Positions 21,728 to 33,604 of a DNA stretch of 64,000 nt are shown piece by piece; the stretch's first letter is position 1; every line of letters begins with the position of its first letter. A program made the translations under genes and the position numbers. This DNA is from Oopsacas minuta (lineage: Eukaryota; Animalia; Porifera): the NCBI GenBank assembly GCA_024704765.1, contig JAKMXF010000310.1, positions 434,001 through 498,000 on the forward strand, given 5' to 3'. The notes below the pieces were generated by a model. The model worked only from the letters and a program-made list of their open reading frames with translations, made no database searches and was not told where the DNA came from.

Positions 21728-23017
21728 TGTGTTCAGAACTTAATGTTCGAAATTATTACAAAATAAACTGGAATAAGGTTCTATACGATTTATCGATTGA
21801 CGCGAAGTTAGCAGAGAACTAGCAGCGAGAATTCAGGTACACTTAGACGCGTTATAATTTGTCTTCAAAACAGGTAGAGAGATGCCATTTGGAGCAGGCC
21901 TAGGTAGTTCCTGTTATTTCAATTCCCAATAAAATTTGGAAAAATTGTCATTTGTCAAAGTCGAGCACACTTTACACCCCATAACAATCGCGCTCCATTA
22001 TTCCTGGAGCGGGAGCTGGACTGCGCTTGTGTCATAGTGTTCTTAGACCGTTGAGTTACATCATACAATCCCTTCATGGGTGTTCTAGTTTACTCTAGTT
22101 CTATTACTATATTGGGGAATAACATTCAGTCTCATTTAGTTACTTCTATTATTGTGATTGTGTATTAGTTATCTACTATCTTTACGTTATTATCGACTAC
22201 ATCACACGCTATTTTCTGAGTAAGGAGCGGAGGTTTTTCAGGGCGAGAGCACGCTCCGAAAAATGAGGAGCCCTTAATGCTCTCCTATCTTATAACTGGA
22301 CTTGAATGAATTGATCTCATAATGTGATACTGTGCTCTCTAAACCTACCGAATAAGATGGAACACCTTGCGCTTATTGTGTAAAATTTCGAATCTTTCCT
22401 ATCTAATGCTTCAACTATCATCACTGCTCTATTATCCGACATAAAACAGTTCAATATCTAGTTGATGCAGTAGAGGTGTAGTAGTATATAATTACTCCTC
22501 ATTAATATTACGTACGGTAATTCTTACCTAGGTTATTCTTACAAGTGGCGGATTGCCCAATAGGCAAAGTAGGCACTGGCTAGGGGCCCTGTTGCATGCT
22601 ATCTTCACAAACATGTTATTGTTACACAAACTATGGATATGCAACATCAATGCGACTATTACGTAATGAACTGTCATTATCAATGTTAGTTTCCCATGCA
22701 AATTTACTGCTAGAATATTTATACAACATCATTAAATTGGTGATGATTTTGAGAGATTCATATACAGATATACTACATAATCACACTAAACTGTCTTTAT
22801 CATTTCATATATCAAAGTAACGCAAAATTCTATAATTTTGACCCCCCCCACCCTATGTTACGCTTTTTAACTGTTTATAATACAAAAGGAATGAAGCTCA
22901 CACTTTGTATAGACTTCCCTCACCTTTGTATGAAACGTTTGAAATGAAGGCTACAATATTTACGTAGTATAGCCTGAATGGTGGGACTGGTAGATACGAT
23001 TGAAGGGTGGAACCTCG

Positions 23018-23417
23018 CAGTGGCGTAGGGAGGGGGTCCTAGGGGTCCTAGGACCCCCAATCTGTCAGACTGATTATTATTTCATTAGCAATAAAAACAG
23101 AGGAATACCCTTGTTTCAAAAGTACCTCAAAAACATACATAGGTTCTACTTTATAGTATTTGATTACCTTCTGTTAAGTATCATGTTTATTATTCTATCC
23201 TATCTTTTGCACATAATTAGATTACTTAGGAAATGTTACTTAGTATGTTTTGTTTGTTAATGAGTAGAGATTACGGCAATAGAGTTTCCCATACCGCAAA
23301 TCGGTCTTTTGTTAAAGTAATTTTTTAAAATCGCTGTGGCGATGCCCCCCAGACCCCCTTATTGACTCGCTTCGCTCGCTCAGGACCTCCCAATCCAAAA
23401 CCCTGGCTACGCCTATG
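23018..23417. mobile_element. 400-bp hAT MITE
   Basis: TIR CAGTGGCGTAGGGAGGG versus reverse complement CATAGGCGTAGCCAGGG; 8-bp TSD GAACCTCG / GAGCCTCG (1 mismatch). Confidence 0.75.
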
Positions 23418-23717
23418 GAGCCTCGTGGAATTTGATAAGCGGGCGCCAAATATCTATTGATTAACATTGATCACAAATATTTGATAAGGATCAGGTTTTG
23501 GTTGATAGTTCATTTGTCCTCCAACAACGGATGGAGTATGTTCTATTCCTCGCTACTAAGTGCTAACTGCACTCTCATGCTTTATTACGGGACAATTTTA
23601 TTCAAATAATTACTGCATACCATATTATTGTATTTAATTAATATAATAACACATTTATAATCGTAAACTGTTCGAATCCAAATATTTATCAAATACAATC
23701 ATACTTAGGTGTAATAA

Positions 23718-23948
23718 TATACCAAATTTTCTCGAATAAGCGGCAGGGGCTAGAAATTTGAACATAAGTATATCACCACCCTCTGGAAGAATACTTTTGT
23801 TGAAATTTACTCCATATATTACCGTGCTAGAATTTAGAATAATTCGTTTTCTATAATCTTATAATCTTTTTTCAAAAATTGAAATAAATTTTGACCAAAA
23901 TTCCCACGAAAAGAATAAGCGCCTTGGTGCTTATTCAGGGAAATACGT
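23718..23948. mobile_element. Degenerate TIR MITE (TA-flanked, Tc1/mariner-pogo-like)
   Basis: TACCAAATTTTCTCGAATAAGCG versus reverse complement TACGTATTTCCCTGAATAAGC. Confidence 0.4.
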
Positions 23949-24041
23949 AATATAAAAATTTACCTATAATCAGAAGCAAAATATCCAATTAGAAATACTC
24001 GGTTTTATTTTAATGATTAGTTCGCATATTATATTAATAAC

Positions 24042-24048
<7 letters not shown>

Positions 24049-24072
<24 letters not shown>
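24049..24072. repeat. (TA)12 microsatellite
   Basis: Direct reading. Confidence 0.95.
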
Positions 24073-25379
24073 CATCAAATAGACAAAGAAACCTTTTATT
24101 TTTTTGAGTGCATATTGTCATAGTAACATAATACGATGTATAAAATACTATTCTCTGCACCTTATTTGGATGAAGTTCCAGAAAGCATATTCGGAAATGT
24201 TGAATCAATTGTTGGTTATTAAATACCCCGCGATCATTTTCCGGCAACGCATCAATAATTACACACGGATAATGAGATTCTTCATAAATAAATATCTTAA
24301 TTACTGCTGGCAATTAATACTTGTAATTAATTGTACCAAAGTGTAATGTTACAAGTGTGAGTAACCTGTTGTAGCTCAAACAGGGGTGGGACGGGACAGC
24401 TGTAGTAAGTAGGAAATCGGCATTTTAGAGTACAATATTACATCCAATACCAAAATAATTAATTATATGAAACAGAAATACCTAACACACTGTGGCTTTA
24501 AATAGCTATCCGTAGGCTTTAGGGTCTTGGGTACATTTAAAGTACATAAATGTATATGTATCTATGGGTTATTGCATATAACTAGTTGATTGACAGCAAA
24601 ATATTTTTGGTATTGCTTCTATTTTTGAGTTATGATGACGTAATCACAATTGGCGAAACATATAAACCAGCGTAAATATATCTAGGCTGGAGTTAGGGGT
24701 ATAATATCTATTATTTACTTATGGGTACTCACTATTTAAAGTAGATTGACCAGATTGAGTATTTTATATGGCTTCTATTATTCTTGTTAAGATGACGTAA
24801 GCAAAATTATAAAAGTCGAATTCCCGAAATATCTGTGTTATTTCAGTTATTTTGATAAGGAGTTTACACTAAAATTATGTACCAAGGGATAAAGTGTTTA
24901 GATTATCACTTTAACTTTCTTTTTGCTGTATATTATTACGGCAATAGCAATTTTATGTATGAAACGAAAAAAATTGACTTGGATGTTTTGCGTGTTCTTA
25001 ATACCAGACGGTTAATTATCCCTTAAATTTAAATAAAACTGTTGTAGCCTTATTGCGATCCAAGTATTTCGTCCTGGCATGGACTCCTCAGTTGCGTCGC
25101 CTTTTCCGCAATACACTTCAGATGGATCAGAGTTACTTAACCTTTTCGCCACTGGGGATATGCCGTTGCGGGTCGCGTTTCCATTATCTGGGCTCGCCAT
25201 GATTGGTATTGCGTTGCCAGAATAGCCTCGGACAGAGGTCCCCACAAGGTTCAATGTACCTTGCCTTTGAGCGCTTTCGAAAACCATTTGTATGGAAGTT
25301 GAGAATGAAGGCAAGTCGCTGCTAAAATATTAAAGAATTAAATAGTATGTCTTGATTGTTAGTCTGGTGAAGCAAATTT

Positions 25380-27449
25380 GTACATTTCAGCCTGCAGGTG
25401 TGTCCGATTCCTCCACACTCCTTACACTTAAGGACATTGCGAAAACCTATCAGAACTGGATCGTTTTGGCTCAAGAGACAGACAAATATATCTCTGGAAT
25501 TTGTTGTGAATGAAATTTTCCTCGCAAGATGTTTACGATATTTTATCTTAGGATTAATTTATTGCAAACCTCCACTGCTTCTTCGAGAAATTCTTTAATC
25601 CAAATCCTCCATTACAATCTGGAATTAGTTCAGTGGAGTGAGCAAGTATACGATGGAGAGATGGAGTAACATTTGTCCAAGGAAAGTTAGAAAGTATCGA
25701 TTCGTAGGTGTCCTTACAAAGAGAATTCAGTTTGTCTGTATCTACTGTATGATTACAGTTGAAGATACGCAATAGAACTGATAGATTATTATGCAAAGTA
25801 TTAATTGGCTCTCTCATATCTTCTGAAATCAAAGTGGAAACCCAATAAATAAAGTTATTTTTATTGAGAAAACACTGTCTTGCCATATTTTCAGTTGAAG
25901 TTGTTCCTCCATCACTGGATGGTTGATCGATTCTCAGCCCTGATTTCTCGCATAAGAACTCCCGGGTAAATTTCATTGAATCCTTTATCACTCTAGAGGT
26001 TGGCAACCATGTAAAAGTTCCTGAACGCATGTGGTATATAAGAAGCATAAAACAACGAAAGACACAAGTGTAGGTATGTAGTGGAGATGCTGGTATTATG
26101 TCAATCTCAGATATGGGTTCGTGTGTTAAACCACAACGATCTTTCGAGGGAGTAATAAATAATTTTCTGTGTCCACAATAGAGAATATTTCCTTTGCTGA
26201 AGTTATCGTCCTGTTGATAGGAAACCCTGATCGGACAAGTTCTAAATCTGTTAATTCTGCAAAACTTGCAGTACAAAGTTGGCAACTTGCAACACCTGCT
26301 CCACTCAGAATACCAGACATTTTCACATCAAACATTGTACGGAGAATTTTAACTCTAACATTACCATATGGTAGCTCTAATCCGTCCTTTTCAATGGTAG
26401 TCACTTCAGGATTGATCATAAGATCCATTAAGAATATAGTATTCTATTCGTTTTCCTTTTGAGTTACTAATGCTATTGGTCTGACACAAAATGGTGAATT
26501 AGGAATTTGGTTTGGCCAAAGTGTATTTCCATCAGAATCAATAATTGATTGCATCTTGAAGGCAAAGAGAAGGAAATTTCTGTATTGAATTGTGAGTTCC
26601 CATCGAACTGGTTGTAAATTTTATGACAACCGGAACCATCCAATCCATCTGCAATGGTAAGCTCTAACGGAAATTTTGGACCATCGGGACATAAGGTAGA
26701 TTCAAGTAATCGTAAAGTTGTTTGTTGTAAGATAGATTTATATGAGATACCAATTCCTATTTTAACTTGATCATAGTTCCGAATTTCAATGATCTCAGAT
26801 GATGCTATCATGGTGGCACGATAATCAGCTACTTTGTTTTATGGGGGGTGAATATAATATTCTCTGGTTTACATAATTTCCTCATGTTAGTGTACTTGCC
26901 TTTACCAATCTCAAGAAAACCTAACAAGAACACAGATTTGTCAATCGGCAATCGCTTGACACTACAAGCAAATATCCCATTGGAAAGAAGGTCTTAACAT
27001 GAATTAGCTGTTCGTTGGTCGTTAGCTTCATTAGAGATTAGTTGTAGAGCATAGGTAGCTATTGTTTTAGTATGAACATTTCATTTTCTGCAATAGTAGC
27101 GATTAAATTCAAATGTGGTTTTAATCTACATCTGAGAGCCTTCAGTGCCAATTCAGGCAGAGCTTTTCTAGATTCCTTTGCAAGGTCAACTGCAAAACGA
27201 TTCGCTCTTCTCCAATAATACGTTTCTTTGTGGGACTGGGGGTTGAGTAGAATAAAACAGGAGTGGTTGCCATGTAGATAGATCGTTACACTTACTGAAA
27301 GCATCACGTTCAGACTTCAATTCACTGAATCTTCTCCGAATTGAGGAGAATTCGCCATCTGAAAGATCATATATCTGGATGAAGGAATCGACTGCAGTTC
27401 TGATTGATGGTTGAGAAAGAAGAAAATCAAATGCTTCCTGGTTATTCAT
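25380..27449 (-). pseudogene. Transib / RAG1-core-like DDE transposase, multiply frameshifted
   Basis: Fragments in order: N-terminus (27449-27059); GKYTNMRK (about 26890); ADGLDGSG (catalytic D1); TMFDVKM (D2); SCQLC; GGTTSTENMAR; TPSLHRILAHS (Zn His pair); after a 1-bp deletion near 25583, FSEEAVEVCNKLI (catalytic E). Confidence 0.88.
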
Positions 27450-28375
27450 TTAGAATTTAAAATATTTGCTAGAAATTTAGTAAATAGAAGTAGTATAATA
27501 TGAATTGCTTAAATTCGGAAATTCTTAAAAATTAATGTGTCGCTCTATTAAAAATGCTTGGTGTTCATTTGCGGGAGGCTGGATTTAGTTCTAAATTATA
27601 GATAATATTATGACATCACCCTAAAACTTGATATTACCTGGCCACGACTGACTACAGTGAGTTTTGAGGGGTAATTAGATCAAGGTATAATGTGTCCGGA
27701 CACATTATGTGATGTCAAAATTAACTGAACCATGAAAATATATTCAAAGTGAAATACTTAGCTCTTATCGTAATTGAGAAGAGTATGTTCTGAACTAATA
27801 ATAGGTTAAAACTTAGAGTTGTCATTCTAATGAGTATTTTTGGATAGAGGATTATATGCCGATGTATAAACATAAAATAGAGATGAATAATGAATTCAAT
27901 TATAGCCATCCACTAAGCATGACATTTGATTACAAAGTAATAGGAATTTTATAAAGAAAATTATGATTCCCAAGTTTCAGACTAGGCTGAATTTTATGGT
28001 AGCATTTTCGAAAGCTTATGGGATGATGAAAAATTCGCCCTAAAGCCTATGGTGAAGCCACTGTGCATACACCCAAAAGTGTACCTCTTATGATCATGAT
28101 CTGTGTCCTTTTAGTTATATGGAAGTTGGACGTATTGTGTTCCGCGCCAATTAGGAATTTGCACTAAGTAGGTATATTCCTACTTCAATAACATGCCGCA
28201 GATTTTAATTAATCCATTGTTATACTTTAAGGTTGGCAAGTCTCGTTGGATCATGTATTAGCCTCAAAACATGTCCGAAAGGCACGAAGTCCCGCTAAAA
28301 TCGGGATAATTGAGAAGACAAGTATACCAACGTTACGTTACTGATTGCGCTATCTAATCTAGATATACGTATATT

Positions 28376-30271
28376 ATGGCTACACTATCAGACGTATTGA
28401 AAGAAATATCTGTAGATACTCCAGCTGATAAGAAGAATAAAGAGAGAATAACAGCTGCTACAGAAGAGAGGGAGAAGAGCAAAAGAGTTAAGCTAAGTGA
28501 ATGTACGTTCTCTCGTGTAGTAGTGTACCAGGATCAAGCAGAAGTGAGAAGAGACTTGTCTTGCTGTCTGGCTGAGGGAGAGAACACAGTAACGATTGTG
28601 GGGTTCCCTGAAGTGATAGACCCTGATTCTGTCCGTGTTGAGCTGAAGGGAGGGAAGCAGAAGACAGATGTGACAGAGGGTGTGGTACAGATTACTGATG
28701 TAGTATACAATTCTCAGTATCGTGTGGAGTTTGAAGAAGAAATGACTGAGACAGGAGGAGGAGAGATTGATAAGGTGAGCTTGTCAGTATCAATGTCAGA
28801 AAGTGATCAGCTGAAGCGTGAGAAGGTAATGATAGAGAGGAAGATAAGTGTGTTGAAGAGACTGCTGAATTTGCTGAGTAAAATGAATGCAGTGCTGCTG
28901 GATGAAAAGGTACGATCATCTGAGGAAGCAATGACTCGAGTGAAGCAAGCCAGTACTAGAGATCATCTGTCGTGTGTTGTAGAGTTTGTGGAGTACAGCT
29001 GTTCACGACGAGATGAGTTGGATAAGAGAGTGAGCTCATTGAGAGAGCAGCTGAATAGTGTAGTTACGAAGCTAGAGACAATTGCACTGAATGAAGCGAG
29101 GAGTGGTGGTCGTGTGGGAGAGGGTGATAGGGAGAAGGGAGTAGGACATGAATACGTACGAGCTGTAGAAATAGTGTTTGAATCAGATCGTGAGAGGAGT
29201 GTTGAGGTGTTAGTGAGTTATATGGTGACTAATGCCAGCTGGAGTTCTCTTTACCATCTACGTGTGTCTACTGAGGATAGTAGTGTACAGGTACAATACT
29301 TCGGACAGGTGAAGCAGTGGACAGGAGAGGACTGGTCCAATACATACCTATCTCTATCTACTGCTACTCCCAGCAAAGGTGGTAATCCTCCAGAACTGCA
29401 GCCACATCATATTTCACGTTACTATCCACAAACTATGCAATATTACTCGGGGAAACAGAAACGTTTTTCTTCATTGTTAAATGCTTATGATCCTACGATA
29501 GAAGATGAAAGCTTAGCCGAATTACAAATGCTGTCAGGTGGACAGGAACGTTTCAGAACTATTACTTCTGCAATGCCTCGACCGATGCAAGCTGTAGAAG
29601 TAAGTACAAGTCAGGTCCAGACAGGAATGTTCATTCAGACATTCAATGTACAAAGACCAGCTAGCATTCCTTCTGACAGTACAGAGCATAAAGTGTCTGT
29701 AACTGTAATAAATCTGGAATCTACTTTCGAGAATGTATGTTTACCAGAAATGAACACAAACGTGTATTTGCTAGCAAAGGCTACCAACACGAGTGAGTAT
29801 CCTCTGATTAGTGGTCCTACTTCTGTATTCATGGACAATAACTTTATCTGTAAGTCTAAGCTGGATAGTGTGTCACCTGGCGAGGAGATCAGCTGTTCTC
29901 TGGGAATAGACCCGCTTGTGAGAGTGAGCTACAAGACTGGAGACAGTTTCCAGTCTCATCAGTCGGGTTGGATATCAAAGGGAACACTTAGTGAAGAGTA
30001 TAACAAGGTGACGAGTGTTAAGAACACGAAGAAGAAACCAGTCTCTGTCAAGATTGTAGAGAGTGTACCTGTTAGTCAGGATGACCGTGTCAAGGTGCAT
30101 CTGATAGAACCTGTGTGTGATAAAGTGGGAGTGAAGGTGGGTGTGTCAGGAGGGAGTGTGATAATGAATGAGAAGAATCATCTAGAGTGGCACATGCAGG
30201 TTGAACCCACTAGTCAGCGTAAATTCCTACTCAGTTATGTAGTAGAGTATCCTGTTCCTAAGTATTATTAG
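28376..30271 (+). CDS. DUF4140/DUF4139 protein (F37C4.5 / MuiA-like), 631 aa
   Basis: N-terminal VVVYQDQAEVRR..G.P..IDPDSVRV, a coiled coil, YMVTNASWSSLYHLR, WTGEDWSN..LSLSTATP, SIPSDSTEHKV, GEEISCSLGID. Confidence 0.88.
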   Translation: MATLSDVLKEISVDTPADKKNKERITAATEEREKSKRVKLSECTFSRVVVYQDQAEVRRDLSCCLAEGENTVTIVGFPEVIDPDSVRVELKGGKQKTDVTEGVVQITDVVYNSQYRVEFEEEMTETGGGEIDKVSLSVSMSESDQLKREKVMIERKISVLKRLLNLLSKMNAVLLDEKVRSSEEAMTRVKQASTRDHLSCVVEFVEYSCSRRDELDKRVSSLREQLNSVVTKLETIALNEARSGGRVGEGDREKGVGHEYVRAVEIVFESDRERSVEVLVSYMVTNASWSSLYHLRVSTEDSSVQVQYFGQVKQWTGEDWSNTYLSLSTATPSKGGNPPELQPHHISRYYPQTMQYYSGKQKRFSSLLNAYDPTIEDESLAELQMLSGGQERFRTITSAMPRPMQAVEVSTSQVQTGMFIQTFNVQRPASIPSDSTEHKVSVTVINLESTFENVCLPEMNTNVYLLAKATNTSEYPLISGPTSVFMDNNFICKSKLDSVSPGEEISCSLGIDPLVRVSYKTGDSFQSHQSGWISKGTLSEEYNKVTSVKNTKKKPVSVKIVESVPVSQDDRVKVHLIEPVCDKVGVKVGVSGGSVIMNEKNHLEWHMQVEPTSQRKFLLSYVVEYPVPKYY

Positions 30272-30656
30272 TTATATATTTTCGATAATTCACAGTTCCG
30301 GGTTTATACCATTTCTTAGCTTGGTTCTCAAGACGTTTTCAACTGTGTGTATGTGATTACTCTCAACTGATTTATTTATTCTGCCATTCTATCTTGATTT
30401 ATTATATTTTATCTTCTCTATCTAGTAGGCGTAGGTATATTTACCTTTTTGGTTCTCGAATTGTTTTGGGTTATTTTGCATTTTTGAGCAATCTCCTGAG
30501 ACTGCAGACGTATCGATAATTCCTTGTCATTATTACATCTATACAATATTATAGGTGTTTGATGTATACTACATTCACATATGTGGACACGTAACGTATA
30601 CCGAATTGTCCATACACAAATACGTATATATACTTTATATATTATTCTAGTTGTAA

Positions 30657-32126
30657 ATGAAACTCTACCAATTAGCACTAATTACAGTTATTTCACATTT
30701 TGGAATTGTTTCATTCGCTAATAGCAGTTGTATAGGTGATGATACGGGATTTTGTGAATTAGGCCTATCTGTCTTTCAACCATGGTGTTGGGGTTATGAA
30801 GCTAACTGTTCATTTGATGAACAGCTGTTCAATAGACCATTATGTGAAGGGTCACCAAAGCCATGGGTGAACACGATGGAGGAAAAAATAGAAAAGTTCT
30901 GGAGACAGGCTGACTTCGGTTATATTCAAGATTTCCTTTCCACAATAAGCGACTTCTGTGTGCCCAGAAAATCCCATCAAGGTCATCTCAAGTGCAGTAC
31001 TAACATGCGATACTGTCACTCAAGGAATCTCGTATTAGACTTCAAAGAATACAACTTTGATACCAGAGATAGGTTCCTAGAAGATATAGCAGAGCGTGTT
31101 GTTATAGGAGGGGATTGTATTGTGGAATCAGATAAGATAGATATGAATGGCCAGCAAGGGGGAGCTCTACAGTCATGGCATAGAGAACTTAGAAAGTTCA
31201 AGACTATGTCAATGGGACATAATTGTGACGTCACTATAGAACGTCCTGTTGTCTTTATGAAGCTAGACGCTGGTGTCAACATGTATCATCATTTCTGCGA
31301 CTTTGTTAATCTCTACGCATCTCAGCATCTAAACCGTTCCTTCTCTAGAGATGTAGAATTAATACGTTGGGACACTGGTACATTATATTATCAAGATTTA
31401 TTCAAATCTGTCTGGAAAGTATTCACAAGTCATGCAATCAGGTCTTTGTCAGAGTTTTCTGGTAAGATTGTGTGTTTTAAAGAAGCTATGTTCTCTCTAC
31501 CGCCCCGTATGTACTACGGTCTATTCTATAACATGCCGCTAGTACCTCAATGCTATGGTAGTGGTCTCATGAAGGCATTCTCTAGACATACCCTCTCACG
31601 TCTAAACATCAAACATAGACCATTAGACAAACAGGTACAAGTTACGCTGGTACCTAGAAATACTAAATTCAGGAACATACTGAACCAGGAGGAATTGATT
31701 TCTGCACTAAACACTGTAGGAGCTATCAACTTAACTGTAATAGAATATAATCCTAGGCATATGTCATTCATACAACAGTTAGACCAGACGTATAACAGTG
31801 ATGTGTTTATTACCATGCATGGAGCAGGACTCACACACCTGCTGTTCCTACCTGACTGGGGCTCAGTTATTGAACTATACAATTGTGATGATGCTGCCTG
31901 TTATCGTGACCTAGCTGCTATCAGAGGAGTTAAGTACTTTACATGGGAGGAATCAGAAGCTTTGTTTCCACAAGATGAGGGACATCATCCTAGCCTAGGT
32001 GCTCACAAGAAGTTTACCAATTATTCCTTTAAGCTCGAAGCGTTTCTAAAGTTAGTGCTAAAGGCAGTAGACTACATCATACAGCATAAACCTACAGTAT
32101 CTCATCACATTCATACTGAGTTGTGA
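30657..32126 (+). CDS. EOGT: EGF-domain-specific O-GlcNAc transferase (GT61)
   Basis: Signal peptide; CWGYE, FWRQADFGY, KLDAGVNMYHHFCDFVNLYASQH, MHGAGLTHLLFLPDW; C-terminal HTEL ER-retention signal. Confidence 0.95.
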   Translation: MKLYQLALITVISHFGIVSFANSSCIGDDTGFCELGLSVFQPWCWGYEANCSFDEQLFNRPLCEGSPKPWVNTMEEKIEKFWRQADFGYIQDFLSTISDFCVPRKSHQGHLKCSTNMRYCHSRNLVLDFKEYNFDTRDRFLEDIAERVVIGGDCIVESDKIDMNGQQGGALQSWHRELRKFKTMSMGHNCDVTIERPVVFMKLDAGVNMYHHFCDFVNLYASQHLNRSFSRDVELIRWDTGTLYYQDLFKSVWKVFTSHAIRSLSEFSGKIVCFKEAMFSLPPRMYYGLFYNMPLVPQCYGSGLMKAFSRHTLSRLNIKHRPLDKQVQVTLVPRNTKFRNILNQEELISALNTVGAINLTVIEYNPRHMSFIQQLDQTYNSDVFITMHGAGLTHLLFLPDWGSVIELYNCDDAACYRDLAAIRGVKYFTWEESEALFPQDEGHHPSLGAHKKFTNYSFKLEAFLKLVLKAVDYIIQHKPTVSHHIHTEL

Positions 32127-32572
32127 GTTTAGTTCTTTTGCATTTAAATTTGTTATTTTTATTTCAGAGGCTTTAGTTCACTACTAATTAGCATTTATGA
32201 GTTTTTACATTTATCATAGTCATACTATCATTATACAGTAAATGCTGGTTAGAATAACAATTGGGAGTAGCAGCAAATTATTATATATAAACCCACAATA
32301 CTCGATGCAACTGCAGGCTTGGGGCTGATTATGATCGCTCGTGTACTCATTAGTAATCAACCCAAGGTATGCATGTAAAAAGACCACATAAACGGTACAC
32401 TAATGTTGCATGCAAATTCTAACAAATATAATTACATGGAAATTTAACATACACGATGCACAGTTGCAAAGTGTATATTGAGCTTTAGTTGTTGTTATAT
32501 ATAACCAGTATTCATTAGATTGCATCTCTTGATATCTAAACTGATACAAGTACTTGCCTTGATATTATAAGT

Positions 32573-33418
32573 ATGTCCACCCAATCTATCTTTCTCTCTG
32601 ATACCCCACAGATCATAAGACCAGGTACAGGTGGGAGTGTGAGGAACTTCTTATCACAAGTTGAGTTGAGGATCCTTACTATTCCTCACCCTCACCCTCA
32701 CCTATATATAACCCCAGATACAATCTGTACTCAAATAGAGAGTACACGGACTATCAGCATTACTATTGGGAGACATGAGTCAGAGATACCATACTGTTTG
32801 TATGATGTTATACTAAATATGCGAGCAGGTGAGGTATTACTGTTACCTCTGTCATTCAGTGGTAAGTTGGGGTGTAAACACCTGGAAACTAGGTCACTCA
32901 CTCACTCACATACAGCTGTACAGATAGTTTCTTTTAAACGTTATGAAAGTTTACATACATTGTCTGCTGGTGAATTACTTGACGAAGCAGAGAGACAGAA
33001 ATTATCTGGTAATGATTTATTCAAGATGGAGTCACGAGGTTATGCAACATATCATTACTCAATGGCTGTTAAGCTATGTATTTTAGCTAATAGTCATGAA
33101 GATTCTGCAATACTATTAAAGAAAATATGTATTTCAAATCTATCTGCTTGTTGGTTACATTTTGGTAATTTTGAAAGAACAGTTGAAACTACTCAGAAGG
33201 TTTTAGAAATAGAACCAACTAATGAGAAAGCTCTCTACCGACAGGCTGTAGCATTAAAACAGTTAAATGAATTTGATAGAGCTTTGGTTAATATTAAGAA
33301 AATACTATCATTCAATTCTAATAATAGGGAAGCTATTCAAGAAATGACTTTAATTCGTAACAGACAGAAGGAATGTTTGAAGAAAGAACGTGAAAAGTAC
33401 TCTAAACTATTTTCATGA
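32573..33418 (+). CDS. Degenerate FKBP domain + TPR protein (FKBPL/FKBP6/AIP-like), 281 aa
   Basis: FKBP-like IPYCLYDVILNMRAGEV; TPRs KLSGNDLFK, SNLSACWLH, EPTNEKALYRQAVA. Confidence 0.75.
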   Translation: MSTQSIFLSDTPQIIRPGTGGSVRNFLSQVELRILTIPHPHPHLYITPDTICTQIESTRTISITIGRHESEIPYCLYDVILNMRAGEVLLLPLSFSGKLGCKHLETRSLTHSHTAVQIVSFKRYESLHTLSAGELLDEAERQKLSGNDLFKMESRGYATYHYSMAVKLCILANSHEDSAILLKKICISNLSACWLHFGNFERTVETTQKVLEIEPTNEKALYRQAVALKQLNEFDRALVNIKKILSFNSNNREAIQEMTLIRNRQKECLKKEREKYSKLFS

Positions 33419-33604
33419 TAATTTCACGATTGTTAATATTTTGGACTTGTCATTAGCTATTAATAAATTTAAAAGAGTACTGTCAACTCAGGTTACTGGA
33501 GCCCCAACCCTGTGATATTCTGTTCGATTAACCTTATTCAATTAAGTTGTAAAATGTAAATAGCATACAACTTTACATACATAAGTTATTTCACATTAGA
33601 CATA

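Noticed and set aside
24029-24346. Two overlapping ORFs near the TA repeat
   Set aside because: Low-complexity AT-rich frames; YIYIYI comes from the microsatellite.
24483-27664. Confirmed full-length Transib boundaries
   Set aside because: Flanks TAACA and AGTTT are not a 5-bp TSD and similarity beyond CACTGT is weak; kept only as candidates.
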